From the NCBI RefSeq assembly GCF_009914755.1, contig NC_060933.1: a stretch of DNA of 64,000 bases. The stretch is one strand, 5' to 3'. Numbering within the stretch: the first letter of the stretch is position 1; every line of letters begins with the position of its first letter. This stretch comes from the human T2T-CHM13v2.0 reference genome, Homo sapiens. The notes beneath the pieces are model-generated. The model made no database searches. It saw only the letters and a program-made list of their open reading frames with translations, and was not told the origin of the DNA. Position numbers and translations under genes: made by a program. This document shows positions 13,935-24,849 of the stretch, piece by piece.

Positions 13935-14781
13935 AACCAGATCTGGTTTTTAAACAGAACTTATTTTCTGATTCTAAAACTTTAATATTCTTGCAGAAAA
14001 TTTGGAAAAGAAGAGTAAATAAGGGAAAAAAGCCCTTATGATCCATTTTCCACATATAACATCTTTATTAATACTGTGGTGTGTATTCTTTCAGTCTTTG
14101 TTCAGTGTTTAACGTCTAAAATTTCATTCATTCTGAGATAAGCATTTCTTTTCACATTTACATCTCTGAAAGTCGGATGTTTTATAATTGGCTTTTTGTG
14201 GTTTAATTGGCAGAATGTTTTCTTAGAGGAACATAAAATGACATTTCTTACAGTTAATGGCATCTTATTTTGATGAAATGTGGAATACATTTTATTTGTA
14301 ATCATAGTTTATGTACATTTTTGTGTTCTATTTCAACCAGCATGCATCCATTTTCCAATGTTATAAAAGTTCCTCAAAAACCTTTTAGAGGCTGTGTACT
14401 TCCTTGTATAAATATAGCACAGTATATTTAATATTTAATTGTTTTTGAATAGTTTATCCCCTGCTTTTTTGCCTGTCTCCAGTTCTACAGTGAAAATTTT
14501 TGTACATAAATTTTTATCTAGTTACAGCTTCATTTTTCAGCCTGGGTTCCTAGAAGTGAGATTACTGAATCAAGACAATGATAATTTTATTATTTTTGGT
14601 GTATAATACCAAGTGGCTTTTCCAGTAGGTTATCTGCCAGTTTACAAAGAGCACAGGTTTTCAGAAACTGTAGTGCTCAACAGAGAAGCCGTCTCTTGGT
14701 GTCCCCCAAAGGAGATGCTCACACCATCCTAAAGGGCCAGTTCCTCTTCTTTGCCTCTTCACATCTAACATTCAATTTCAG

Positions 14782-14979
14782 CAAAAAGTGGATGACTGTG
14801 AGCGGTGCCGGGAATTTTTCAACAAAGAAGGGCGTGTAAAAGGCATAAGCTCAACCAAGGAGGTTTTAGATGAGGACACGGATGAAGAGAAAGAGACGCT
14901 CAAGAACCAGCTGAGAGAAATGGAGCTAGAACTGGCACAGACCAAACTCCAGCTGGTGGAGGCCGAGTGTAAGATACAG
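14782..14979 (+). CDS. RABGAP1: RABGAP1 coding exon (QKVDDCERCREFFNKEG...QTKLQLVEAECKIQ), phase 0-0
   Basis: tttcag|CAA ... CAG|gtaaca; 198 nt. Confidence 0.96.
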
Positions 14980-16219
14980 GTAACAGCAGCAGAGCTCAGA
15001 CATGTGCCTGCGGGCTGGGTTTCCTGATGTGCACTAGAGACCCCAGAAATTATCTTTATGGTTTGGGGTTTTTCCACACCTTTTAAACTTTGGTCACAGT
15101 TGTCATGAGAAGAAATATAGGACTTGTTACTGGCCAGTGGATGTCTCATCAGTATTTGGCCTGTCTTGAGGATTTCCGCTGTCATATTGAGAATAATACA
15201 CAAAAGCTTGGAATCTTTTGATGGGATGAGAAGACAGTGCTTTAGAAACACAGCTCTACCACTGAACTGTTTGACCTTGGGTTAGTAACCTCCCTACATC
15301 TCAGGTTCCTTATCTACAAATGGAAATGATGAGAGTCCCTATCTGATAGGTTGGTTTGAGGACTAAGTAAGATAGTGTGCACAAATGGCTTGGCAGAATG
15401 TCGGGGGCTTTATAAATGCAAGCTTTTGTTCTTCCAGTTCCCACCACTTAACTAGCTTTGTGACTGTTAATATACTACCTATCTGAGCCTCCTTTCCTGA
15501 TAAAGAAGTTAGGGCTTGTTTTGGTCATCTTAATACACATTGCTAGGTCCACCAGCACCACTAAACCCTAAGCACTGTTTATGGAGGGAACAAGTTCAGG
15601 ATAAAAGCTTTAGGGCTGATTCTCCCTCATGGCACACATTCACTGGGCATCTGCTCTTTGGCAGGCCCTGTTATAGGTCTGGGACTGCAAAGCTAAGGCC
15701 TGGTAGTGTGACTACCCGGAATAATCAGGAAAGGCATCACCAAGGCAGCAGTAGCTGTGCTGTGATCAAAGAATGCACAGGGCTTGTAGCTACAGGAGAG
15801 AGAGAACAGTGGCAATTCCAGGCAGAGGGAGTGGCATGTTCAGCAGCACAAGGAGGAGAGTGGCTGCCCAGGAAGGACCCTCAGGAGTTCTTTCCTTGCA
15901 GTAGGGGATGGAGGTGGTGCTAAGGCTGGAAGAGAGTGTGTGGATCCAGATTGCGAAGCATTTCAAATGCCATGCTAGGGAGTTTAAAGATTTTTGCCAA
16001 AATGAAATGATGTCACCAGAAATAGAGCATTACCTGTCTGCCTGGTGTGCATTAGGTGGACAGAAGAGGGAGACATAGCAAGTAGAAGACTGTTTTAATA
16101 AATAGACCAGGCAAGAAATTAGATCTTAACTAAAAGCTCCCAAATCTTTAGGCATTTCAGGCATTTCTATGCCAGTTGGAGACTGGGGGAATTCCCCGAG
16201 GCCTCTCCAGAGTAAATAG

Positions 16220-16429
<210 letters not shown>

Positions 16430-16798
16430 GAGCAGCTGCCGCCTCCCGACACCTTCAGAAAACACGACACCTTTTGTTGCCTTCTTTGGCCAGATGTGTG
16501 ATTCTGTGACTTGTCCCAGGACCAGAATGTACCTAAGTCAGATCCATAGACGCATGTTGGTAGGTCACTGGACCAGAGCTTGTGAAGCAGGCAACCTCTG
16601 GGGTAAGACTACTGATACTAACAGGCCTGCTAGCTCAGCCGACGCTCTGGACACTCTAGAAATCACTCCTCAGTGTGACCTCCCAGGCCTCTTCCCCGTG
16701 TACGTCAACACCTCACCCAGCCTAAAGGCTGAGTTTACATGATCAGAGTTAGGGGATCCTTCAGTCTGTTGATTTTTTTTCTAAACCTTTTTTTTTTA

Positions 16799-16804
<6 letters not shown>

Positions 16805-16851
<47 letters not shown>
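16805..16851. repeat. (TA)~23 microsatellite in the RABGAP1 3' UTR
   Basis: Direct reading. Confidence 0.95.
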
Positions 16852-16854
<3 letters not shown>

Positions 16855-17171
16855 GGGGTGGGGCAAGGGATCAGAAATTCAAATAATTCTTTTCTGCTTC
16901 AATGCCAGCAGAAGGTCCCCCAGGTAGACATGGAGAAGCACTTTGTTTTAAATAGGAGGGTTTCATAGTTGCATCTGAAGCCACCTGGTTCTGTTAAACT
17001 GTATCGTGCAGGTTTTGGGTTTGGCATTATTCATGTTTCTGATCAATTCTATGCAACTCTCATAGTTCCTGTTACTTTTTAGCATTAGCTGCCAAATGAC
17101 TTCAAAAGGCTGGGGTGGGTGACTTGACTGTGAGACTGGATTATAACATGGACAAATCTTATTTTGCTTAA

Positions 17172-17177
<6 letters not shown>

Positions 17178-17208
<31 letters not shown>

Positions 17209-17223
17209 ATATATATATATATA
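17178..17223. repeat. Compound (TG)n(TA)n microsatellite in the RABGAP1 3' UTR
   Basis: Direct reading. Confidence 0.95.
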
Positions 17224-18053
17224 AATATCTTTCCCAATATGCCCCGTTGACAGTGTTTAAATTCCAGACTAGGACTGCTGATCTGCACAATTTAATTATG
17301 TGGTTATTCGAGCACTTAATTTCACTCAAGGTTCATTGGGCTCTGCTCTCCTCCCTGCCATTACGGGAGCTGTGGACAGAGCTCCCTCACTTCAAGATTC
17401 CTAGTGTTTTTGCACAACAGGTTGTCCAAGTGAGAAAGACTGAGTTGCGTGTCTGTAAATGTCTGCGCAGGGTGCACATGCTGCGAGGTCTCCATCCTCC
17501 GGGCCTGTCCCTCCCAGATGGGCTGGGCCTTTGGGCCCTCCTCAGAGTATGCCTGGGTACAAACCTCACTGTTCAGATGGGCTGTAAGTTCTCACTTCAA
17601 AGCTATGGAATGGATTTTAGCACCTTTAAAAAAAAAAAAAAACTTTGACTTTTAATTTATATAGTGATATGCTGACAGGCTGACACGCAGATGGTTTTGT
17701 CCTGTTTTCTGCGTTCAGTGTTGAGGCGGCTGCTTACAAGAGGCACTGGTTTTGTATATAAAGACACTCGGGTTGTTTTGTAGCTCTTTTTCTTATTGGC
17801 TGTACTAACGCTTGCTGAGGTTATCTGTAATAAGGGAGGTAACAAGTGGCAACCCCCTCCCCACCAACCATCCCCTTTGCTGCTTTCTGTGTCTTTCTTG
17901 TTCAGTTACCAAAATAGCTGTAAGCCTATCTAATGCTAGGTGTGTGGACATTGTGCTAAGGTAGTTTCAGTGTGTCAACTTTATGAATTGAAATATAAAC
18001 CAGTAAAATTGTATTACTGTTTCTTTTGTTGGTTTTATTTTAACAGCATATTG

Positions 18054-18059
18054 ATTAAA
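18054..18059 (+). terminator. Polyadenylation signal (ATTAAA) of RABGAP1
   Basis: ATTAAA with U-rich upstream sequence and TTGCTTTGT/GTTTTGT downstream elements. Confidence 0.7.
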
Positions 18060-18837
18060 TATTTTGGTACAAACAAACAGCATTGCTTTGTAAAAACCAG
18101 TTTTGTCATCACCTACTCCTGTCGCCTCCCCTTCTTCCCTCATCCCCTGCGCACAGAAGCAGTCAGAGAAGACCACTGTGTGTGCTGTAAGAGAGGCATG
18201 TGTGAGCGCGAGGCAGCCCCTCACCCACCTGTTGAGACGTATGGAGTGGTAGGGTGTGGCAGGCCACATGGGGCAAGATGACGACGTTGATGCCTCTGTG
18301 TTTGTTTATGATGAACATTGCCCCTCTGAGAAATAACATGCTGTAGTAGCAGGGATGAGGGACACTTGGTGTTTTTGAGGCTTAAGGAAGCCTTACAGGA
18401 GGTAAGGGTCAAATTAGACCTTCAAAGGCAAAAGCATCTCACCAGGCAGAGATGGAAGAGGGAATTCCAGGGCCAAAGTGTGCATGTGCAGGGGAAACAG
18501 CTGAAGAGTAGAAAGGCAGGCTGAGCACCTGGGGGCCGGCTGTGGTCTGCTAAAAGCTTTAAAAGCAGTGACATGGAGTTGTCATCATCTTTTCAGAGCC
18601 TCTTTCTTCCTATCGCCTGTCCTCCACATCCCTGCACCATACAGATGAGGCTCCCAGGCCTTCTGCTGCCCCTCTTCACCACCTCAACCCCCTTCTCCAT
18701 AGCAGGAAGAAGAACGAAGCTTCCCTAATCATCTTACGGTTCCCCCTTCCCGCTTGACCTGCCCTCTAGGACCCCACCTATGCCTAGCCTTTAAATGGAT
18801 GCAGGCTGAACAGACCATAGCTTCATGCCTGCAAGAA

Positions 18838-19020
18838 GGATGACTGGATGGATGGCTGGATGGACAGACAGACAGATAAATGTAGATTAGATAGATAAAG
18901 TAGATGATAGATAAAATAATAGATAGATGAGATAGATAAGATGGATAGATAGATGATAGATCGATAGATATAGATAGATAGATAGATAGATAGATAGGGA
19001 TAGAGATACAGATTAGACAG
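18838..19020. repeat. Complex (GGAT)/(GACA)/(GATA)n tetranucleotide repeat
   Basis: Direct reading. Confidence 0.92.
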
Positions 19021-19701
19021 AGAGCAGGTGGGCCCCTGCCCTGTCTGTCTGTCTTTCTCCACTGCAACGAAACTAGGAAAGTTCCTAGCATAGGGCTCAG
19101 CCCCTGGCAGGTACTCTTGCAGAAGCCAGGACTGTGGCTCCAGAGCACAGCTAGGTCCCTTTGATGCTCACAGGCTGCAGGCTGGAGGACATGTTTCTGG
19201 GATCCACATTCTGGATCAGCCTGCTCCATGCTTTTCCTGTCCCATGGCTTCTGTGTTCAGTAGGGCAGGGACTCAGCAGAATCCTCATCCCTGTAGCTGC
19301 GTACTGGCCCAAGAAAAGGAGTCCATATACTATTTAGTCTTGGCACACAGGCCTCAAACGACTCGGATGAGGGTTCTGCTTTTGGGGAGGTCCCCTGGTT
19401 ATGTTGAGGCTGAGACTGAGAATAATGTGACACCGTATGGTAAGTCGTGTACAGGTGCATGGGATCCTGTGGGAAGGTTATGTATAAATGCAGGAGGGAC
19501 AAAGTGGTAGTGACAGTTGTGACTGACAACTAAGGGTCTTGCTAGCTAGGCAGAGGAGCAGCAAGAGGACAGCGGCATTTAGGTGGGAAGAACAGTAGTA
19601 AAGTCGGCTTGAGGTGGGGTGATGAGAGATGAAACTGGGTAATTAGGTTGCGGCCATGCCAGGGAGTTTGGAGCTGATAAGGAGTCACTGGAGAGTTTTA
19701 A

Positions 19702-19831
19702 CCCATTTATGCCAGAGGTTACAAATTTTTTTGTGTGAAAAATCAGACCTTGGCGATGACCTTAAGCAGTAGGATATAAATAACTCCCACAAGCTTAGCG
19801 TTCCAATAATGGAACACTAGGCATAAATGGG
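19702..19831 (-). mobile_element. MER85 (non-autonomous piggyBac/PGBD3-derived MITE), full length
   Basis: Perfect 12-bp TIRs CCCATTTATGCC / GGCATAAATGGG; TTAA target duplications at 19698-19701 and 19832-19835; internal palindrome GTTCCAATAATGGAAC at 19800-19815. Confidence 0.93.
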
Positions 19832-20097
19832 TTAAGCTAACTTGCACTTTGAGTGGTTCCCTGCTGATCCTTTAGGAAGAAAAATCGGGAGGAGAAGAAA
19901 TTAAGGGTGTGAGCAGAGGTGACAGATGATAGAATAAGGAATGGAGAACGGAGTCAGTGAAATTTAGGGAGAGTGACGACACACCAGGAAGATGATAAAT
20001 TTAGCTGTCGGGGTATAGATTTGAAATAGTCTGGGACTTGCAGGTTGGAGATGCTGGCAATCTACAGCTGCTCAGTTGTTGGTTTGGCATCTCTAGC

Positions 20098-20313
20098 GCA
20101 GGGTTTCTGGACCTCATTGTTGATGATTTGGCTGATTGATACTTTTGTGCTGTAGGGGGTCTGTCCTGTGTAATCCCAGCAGCATCCCTGGCCTCTATCC
20201 ACTGGATGCTAGTGCATTACCCCACGCCAAGTGGCACAACCAAAAACGTCTTCAGGTATTGCCGAATATTCCCTGAGGGGGCCAAATCACCCTTGATTGA
20301 TTGAGAACCATTG
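20098..20313 (-). mobile_element. MER20 (hAT-Charlie DNA transposon relic)
   Basis: cagggtttct...gcagcatccctggcctcta...acaaccaaaaa...ttgagaaccattg resembles the reverse complement of the MER20 consensus. Confidence 0.8.
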
Positions 20314-22027
20314 CTCGAGCAAGCTGAAGCTAGGAGCCTGGAGAGACTGCCTAGATAATGTACAGCTTAAACAAGGGCTAGGAGCCGCCATTCAAGGAGC
20401 AGGAGAGAAGACATGGAGAATGGAGCATAGACGGCCAGAGAGGAGCAAGAGCTACCTTGGGGTGGGGATGAGGGCAGGACTGGAAAAGCTTCACTGGATT
20501 TGGGAGCTGGAAGGTTGTTAGGGCAGTGGCCACTACAGTTGAGATGATGGGAGGGCAGGAGGCAGAGACAAGCAAGTATAGATTTTAAGAAGCCTGGCTG
20601 TGAGGGAAGTGGGCAAGCAAGGCCAGTGGTCAGAGGGGACTGTGGCAGGAAGAGCAGTTGTGCTGGGCCACTCAGACTGTGGTTCCAACCTTGGGCACCT
20701 GTTGTCTCCTGCTCACGAGGTCGGCAAGCATGCAGCACAGGCTGAGTGGACCTTCTTTGGCAGGCCCTGCTGCAAACCAAGCTGATTTCCAGGGCCTTGA
20801 TAATTCTCAGTGGGGAGGCAGCGGCTCAGACCGAATGGCAGGAGCTATCAGCCCCAAAGTGTCTGCACCTCTTCTGAATTCCAAGTCAAGTCCCAGGGGC
20901 AGGGGCTGAGTAGTGAGGGGGGTGAAGAAGAGAGCCACCGGCTACCCGAATAAGCCCAGAACACAACTCCCATGTTTGAGCTGACCCATCAGTTGTGAAA
21001 ACCAGAGCCCATGCAGAGGGGAGCGCAATGGGTGACATGGGCCCCTTGTGGCCTTGGAGAGTCACTTCACCGCTCAGAGACATGCCTGATTCTGACATTG
21101 GGATTTAAATCCTCTTCTAAGATTCATTTGGGGGGTGATGAAAGAACAGGAACGCTGGAGCAGGCAGATATGAGGACTGGAGCCGCCCAGAATGGGCACT
21201 GAGGCACTCCCAGAACAACAGACATGAGTGCTGAGTTCTCTGCCCTCCCCATTTGATTGATTGATTGATAGGTGAAGAGAGATGGGCTCAGAGAGACGGC
21301 TGGGATGTTGACTCGTACTTCTGTCAGTAACCAGCAGGGTGGCTGCTTAAAGATGACCGTGTGGAAGCAGGTAGGTGTAAACCGTCACAGCACTGTACTG
21401 CAAGCAACACACACAGAAACTCAGGGTTCAAGGCCAGGCCATACCCTTGGACGTACATTTCACTTAACCTTCCTGAGTTCTGATCTGTGCAGTGGGTCTG
21501 GTGCCTGGCTCGTCAGGGCTGCTGGGTTCTCCTGTGACGCCCTTGGCTCTTTTCCTGTATTCTTCTCCCTCCAGTCATCAGAACACCCCCGAGTTCAGTG
21601 ATGTTATTCCCAAATTTGAAAGTGAAGGTGAAAAGTCTGCCTGTGACCACACCATCGGGGAGTTAGTTTTCCTACCACATACCACCACCTTCACCTTCTC
21701 TTCCAGGGCCCAAGAGCAAGAAAGACAATGCTCCCTCCCTCCCCCTCTCCCAGTTCCACCTCAACAACCTGTCTCCTGTGCAGCTGAGGCCTGTGGCAAT
21801 TGTGAACAAGAAAGCCTAGCCGTCCCTCAATCTCAGAAAGGCCAACCTGGGAATGAGGATGGGAACAGCAGAGAGCTGGCCCGGGCGGCTCTTCTTTCTT
21901 TCAGTCAATTCTTGCGTCGTCGTAGATCCAGCCTGATGATGTATAGGGAGAAGGCGGGGCCCTGAGTTCTAAAGTGAGGCAAACACAGCCGGCGCCATTG
22001 CCCACACAACTCTCCACTTACCTGGAG

Positions 22028-22047
22028 GCAGCAGCAGCAGCAGCAGC
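22028..22047. repeat. (GCA)6 short trinucleotide repeat
   Basis: Direct reading. Confidence 0.85.
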
Positions 22048-22726
22048 CCCTGGCCCGATTCCCCACCAGGACACTTCCCTGGGCTACCGGACCTTCTTCA
22101 TCCTCGTCCTTCCAAGTGGACTGGGACTACATTGTGGTCTTGAGCTCTCAGTTACTAGGGCAGCTCAACTGCAGAAGCCTTGCAGAGAAGCAGGCAGCAG
22201 GAAGAAGAGCCTTAGCTTTGGGTTCCAATTGCTGCCGCCCTCTAGAAGCTCGACACCATTGGGCAGGGTCCTTTAACCCTGAGCCTCGGTTTCCGATCTG
22301 TATTGTCTGTCTGGGTATTACTGACCCCGCGAACAGGTGTGACGATTAAGAGGTCAGCACTCACTCAACATGACATCACTTACCACTCACTGTGCCAGGG
22401 TGCCAGGTTCATGTTTCATGTTGAGGAAACTTCACACCACAGAGAGGCAGGGTTTTAAGGACCACAACGGGATCATGAATTAGGCCCTGGCCCCACCCAA
22501 ATCACTGTCCATTATCAGGAGCCATCCACCCCCCTTCAAACATCCTCGGCCCCTCCATCCCTTTGCATGAAGGGAAGAACCTGTAACATGTACTGAACTA
22601 GAGCCTTAAGGGCCAGGAAAAGGGAGCCTGCACTTGAACCTTTCACCAAAGCTGTATCCTTCATTTTATCAGTGGGTCTTGCACAGAACAATCCATTACT
22701 GTGTGTGACAGAAGCATTTGTTTGTT

Positions 22727-22732
22727 TTTATT
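22727..22732 (-). terminator. Polyadenylation signal (AATAAA) for the minus-strand MIR600HG / distal STRBP transcript
   Basis: TTTATT on +; on the minus strand it is followed by CA-rich cleavage context and a GT-rich element (TTGTTCTGTG). Confidence 0.65.
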
Positions 22733-24751
22733 TATCCAAATGGGGAGAATGCAACATGTCAGGGCATTACAGACAAACTGCAGCAGCCAGACAAGAGGGT
22801 CAGTCTATGGCAGAGTCCAACATACTCAGTGCGAAGGAGCCACAGTGCGGGTGCTGCCTGGAGGACTTGTGGCAGCAGGGTCCCTTTGGATGAAGGCCAG
22901 GTATCTCTGGGCGAGGCACTGATGACCATCCACATGTGCAGGCTGCTGCTTCAGTCACGCTGAAGGTTTAAAGTTCAGAGTCCTACATGTAATAATTGCC
23001 TCAGAGGGGAAGGGCAGTCCATGGTGGTCACGGTTTCCAGTGTTTTTAAACATAATACACAAAGTTATTGCCAAGGATTTTGCACTGCAAATTATACTAT
23101 TTACACTTGCGTATTCAGAAAAACACAGTAAATAGATACATGATAGATATTTTAAATAGATTTCTAAAAACCAACTTGGTCTTCAGTAGACCCGAGTGAG
23201 CTACAGCCAGGAGTCCCATGCCATGTGTGTAACCGTGCGGTAGGGAAAGGTTTCTATCCACGACTACGCTCAGCCTCCTCCTGCCTCCCCCACCCTTGGG
23301 CCTGACGAAGGGCTAAGGCTGAGCAGGCCTACCTTAGTCCTTAGTGTGAGGGCTTCAGGTCTAGACTGGCTGCACCTCCCACCTTCCCAGACAGAGTTCT
23401 GCTTGGAGCCGCTGAGAAGCAAGTCCTACAGGCTCCACTCCTGCAGGACCACTACACGGCGGGTAAACCAGGACACACAGGCATGGGGCTGCAGGGCTAA
23501 CGGTATGATGAACCTGGCCCTAGGCCAGCCCCTTCCCCAGCACCCCCTGCCAAAGTACCCTTGGGAACAGGCCCATCAGCCTCACTGTTCCTGGAAGTAC
23601 GATTGCCCTAATTTATGGTTACCTCAGGAAACCTTCTTTTGAAGAAGTGGCTGGGACCAACCAACCACTTAGACCAAAGGCTCAGCACAACAGGCCAGAC
23701 AGATGGGTCCAGGATGAAAGGCCTGAGTCCAAGGATGCTTTGGGGAAAACGGGATAAACACTGCTAGGAGCTAAAAAGTATATGGTGTCTGCCCAAGGAA
23801 AGGACAACAGTAGGGAGTTCCCACGTGGACCAGCTTTCATTTTGCCTCCATAAGCCCTGGTATGCTGGAAAGGACGTCCACCTGGAGGCTGGAGACAGCT
23901 CCTCAGAGAGCCAGAGCTACCCTTGGTTCCTGGGAGATGGAGAGAGCGAGGCCCTCTGGTCGGAGGCCTACAATTTGGCTCCCCAGTAACATTTCTAAAA
24001 ATGAGCCCTCCTCCCTCGGAAAGGTAGTAAGTAGTAGCAAAGCATCTCCCACAGCCATGGTAGGTCCCATCCCTGAGAAGCTGCCACATGAAGTGAGCTA
24101 AGGGAAAAGCAGTGCTCAGTACCCCATCTAAGAAATGGGGGTGCGCAGTGAACAGAACCTGCTTGTGCAAGGCCGGCCTGACCATGAAAAGTGATCGGGG
24201 GTAAGTAGAGGGATGCGTCTAATGGCAGCGGCCTCTGGCCCGCTGTCGGAATAGAAGAGGTATTTTTTGCAACCAGGGCTTGCCTGGCTACTTCCAAATC
24301 AAACCTCATGCACCAGCTGCCATCACTACCTTGGGGGTCAGGGCTGCAGCCTGAGGGAGCCAGTGAAGTGATATCCACACACAAGGAGGCTTGGTAAGTG
24401 ACATGGAAGTGCCTCGGAAATGCGTGTGTCTGGATCGAGTGTCTTGCCACGGACCCACCACACCAAAATCCCTAAAGGGTGGAGAGCACGAGATACCCAG
24501 AACAGAGGAAAGAGGCTGGAAACCTAAGACACGACTTGTAAATTACAGGTGGAGACGGAACTTCTCACCACCTCCCTAGCTATCTAAAACTCCTACTCCT
24601 TGATCCATTTCCATGAACAAGGAAAAGAAAAAGAGTCTGACTCGCAAAAGCGGCAGAAATATTTAGGTTAGAGTCAAGCAACTTTCTGACCATCTTGGTT
24701 CCCTAAGCAGGAAAACGGGACAGATGGCAAAGCACCTGTGCCTGTAGGCAG

Positions 24752-24849
24752 GGGCAGGGCTGGCCTGAGCAAGGCTCTTGTCTGTAAGTAACTCCACTGC
24801 CTGACAGACAAGAGCCTTCCTATGAAGCTGGAGCCACAGCACGTGACTT
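24752..24849 (-). ncRNA. MIR600: miR-600 precursor hairpin; mature ACUUACAGACAAGAGCCUUGCUC at 24767-24789 (-)
   Basis: Perfect 15-bp inverted repeat, aaggctcttgtctgt (24771-24785) / acagacaagagcctt (24804-24818); the reverse complement matches the miR-600 sequence as I recall it. Confidence 0.9.

Larger units (their letters stand above)
16430..18075 (+). other. RABGAP1: RABGAP1 3' UTR
   Basis: Follows the stop codon; no obvious transposons; ends after ATTAAA at 18054-18059. End position approximate. Confidence 0.8.

Noticed and set aside
14778-15251. 157-aa antisense ORF over a RABGAP1 exon
   Set aside because: Shadow frame of a coding exon; no independent support
18729-19229. 166-aa ORF rich in I/Y/L/S
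   Set aside because: Translation of the GATA microsatellite
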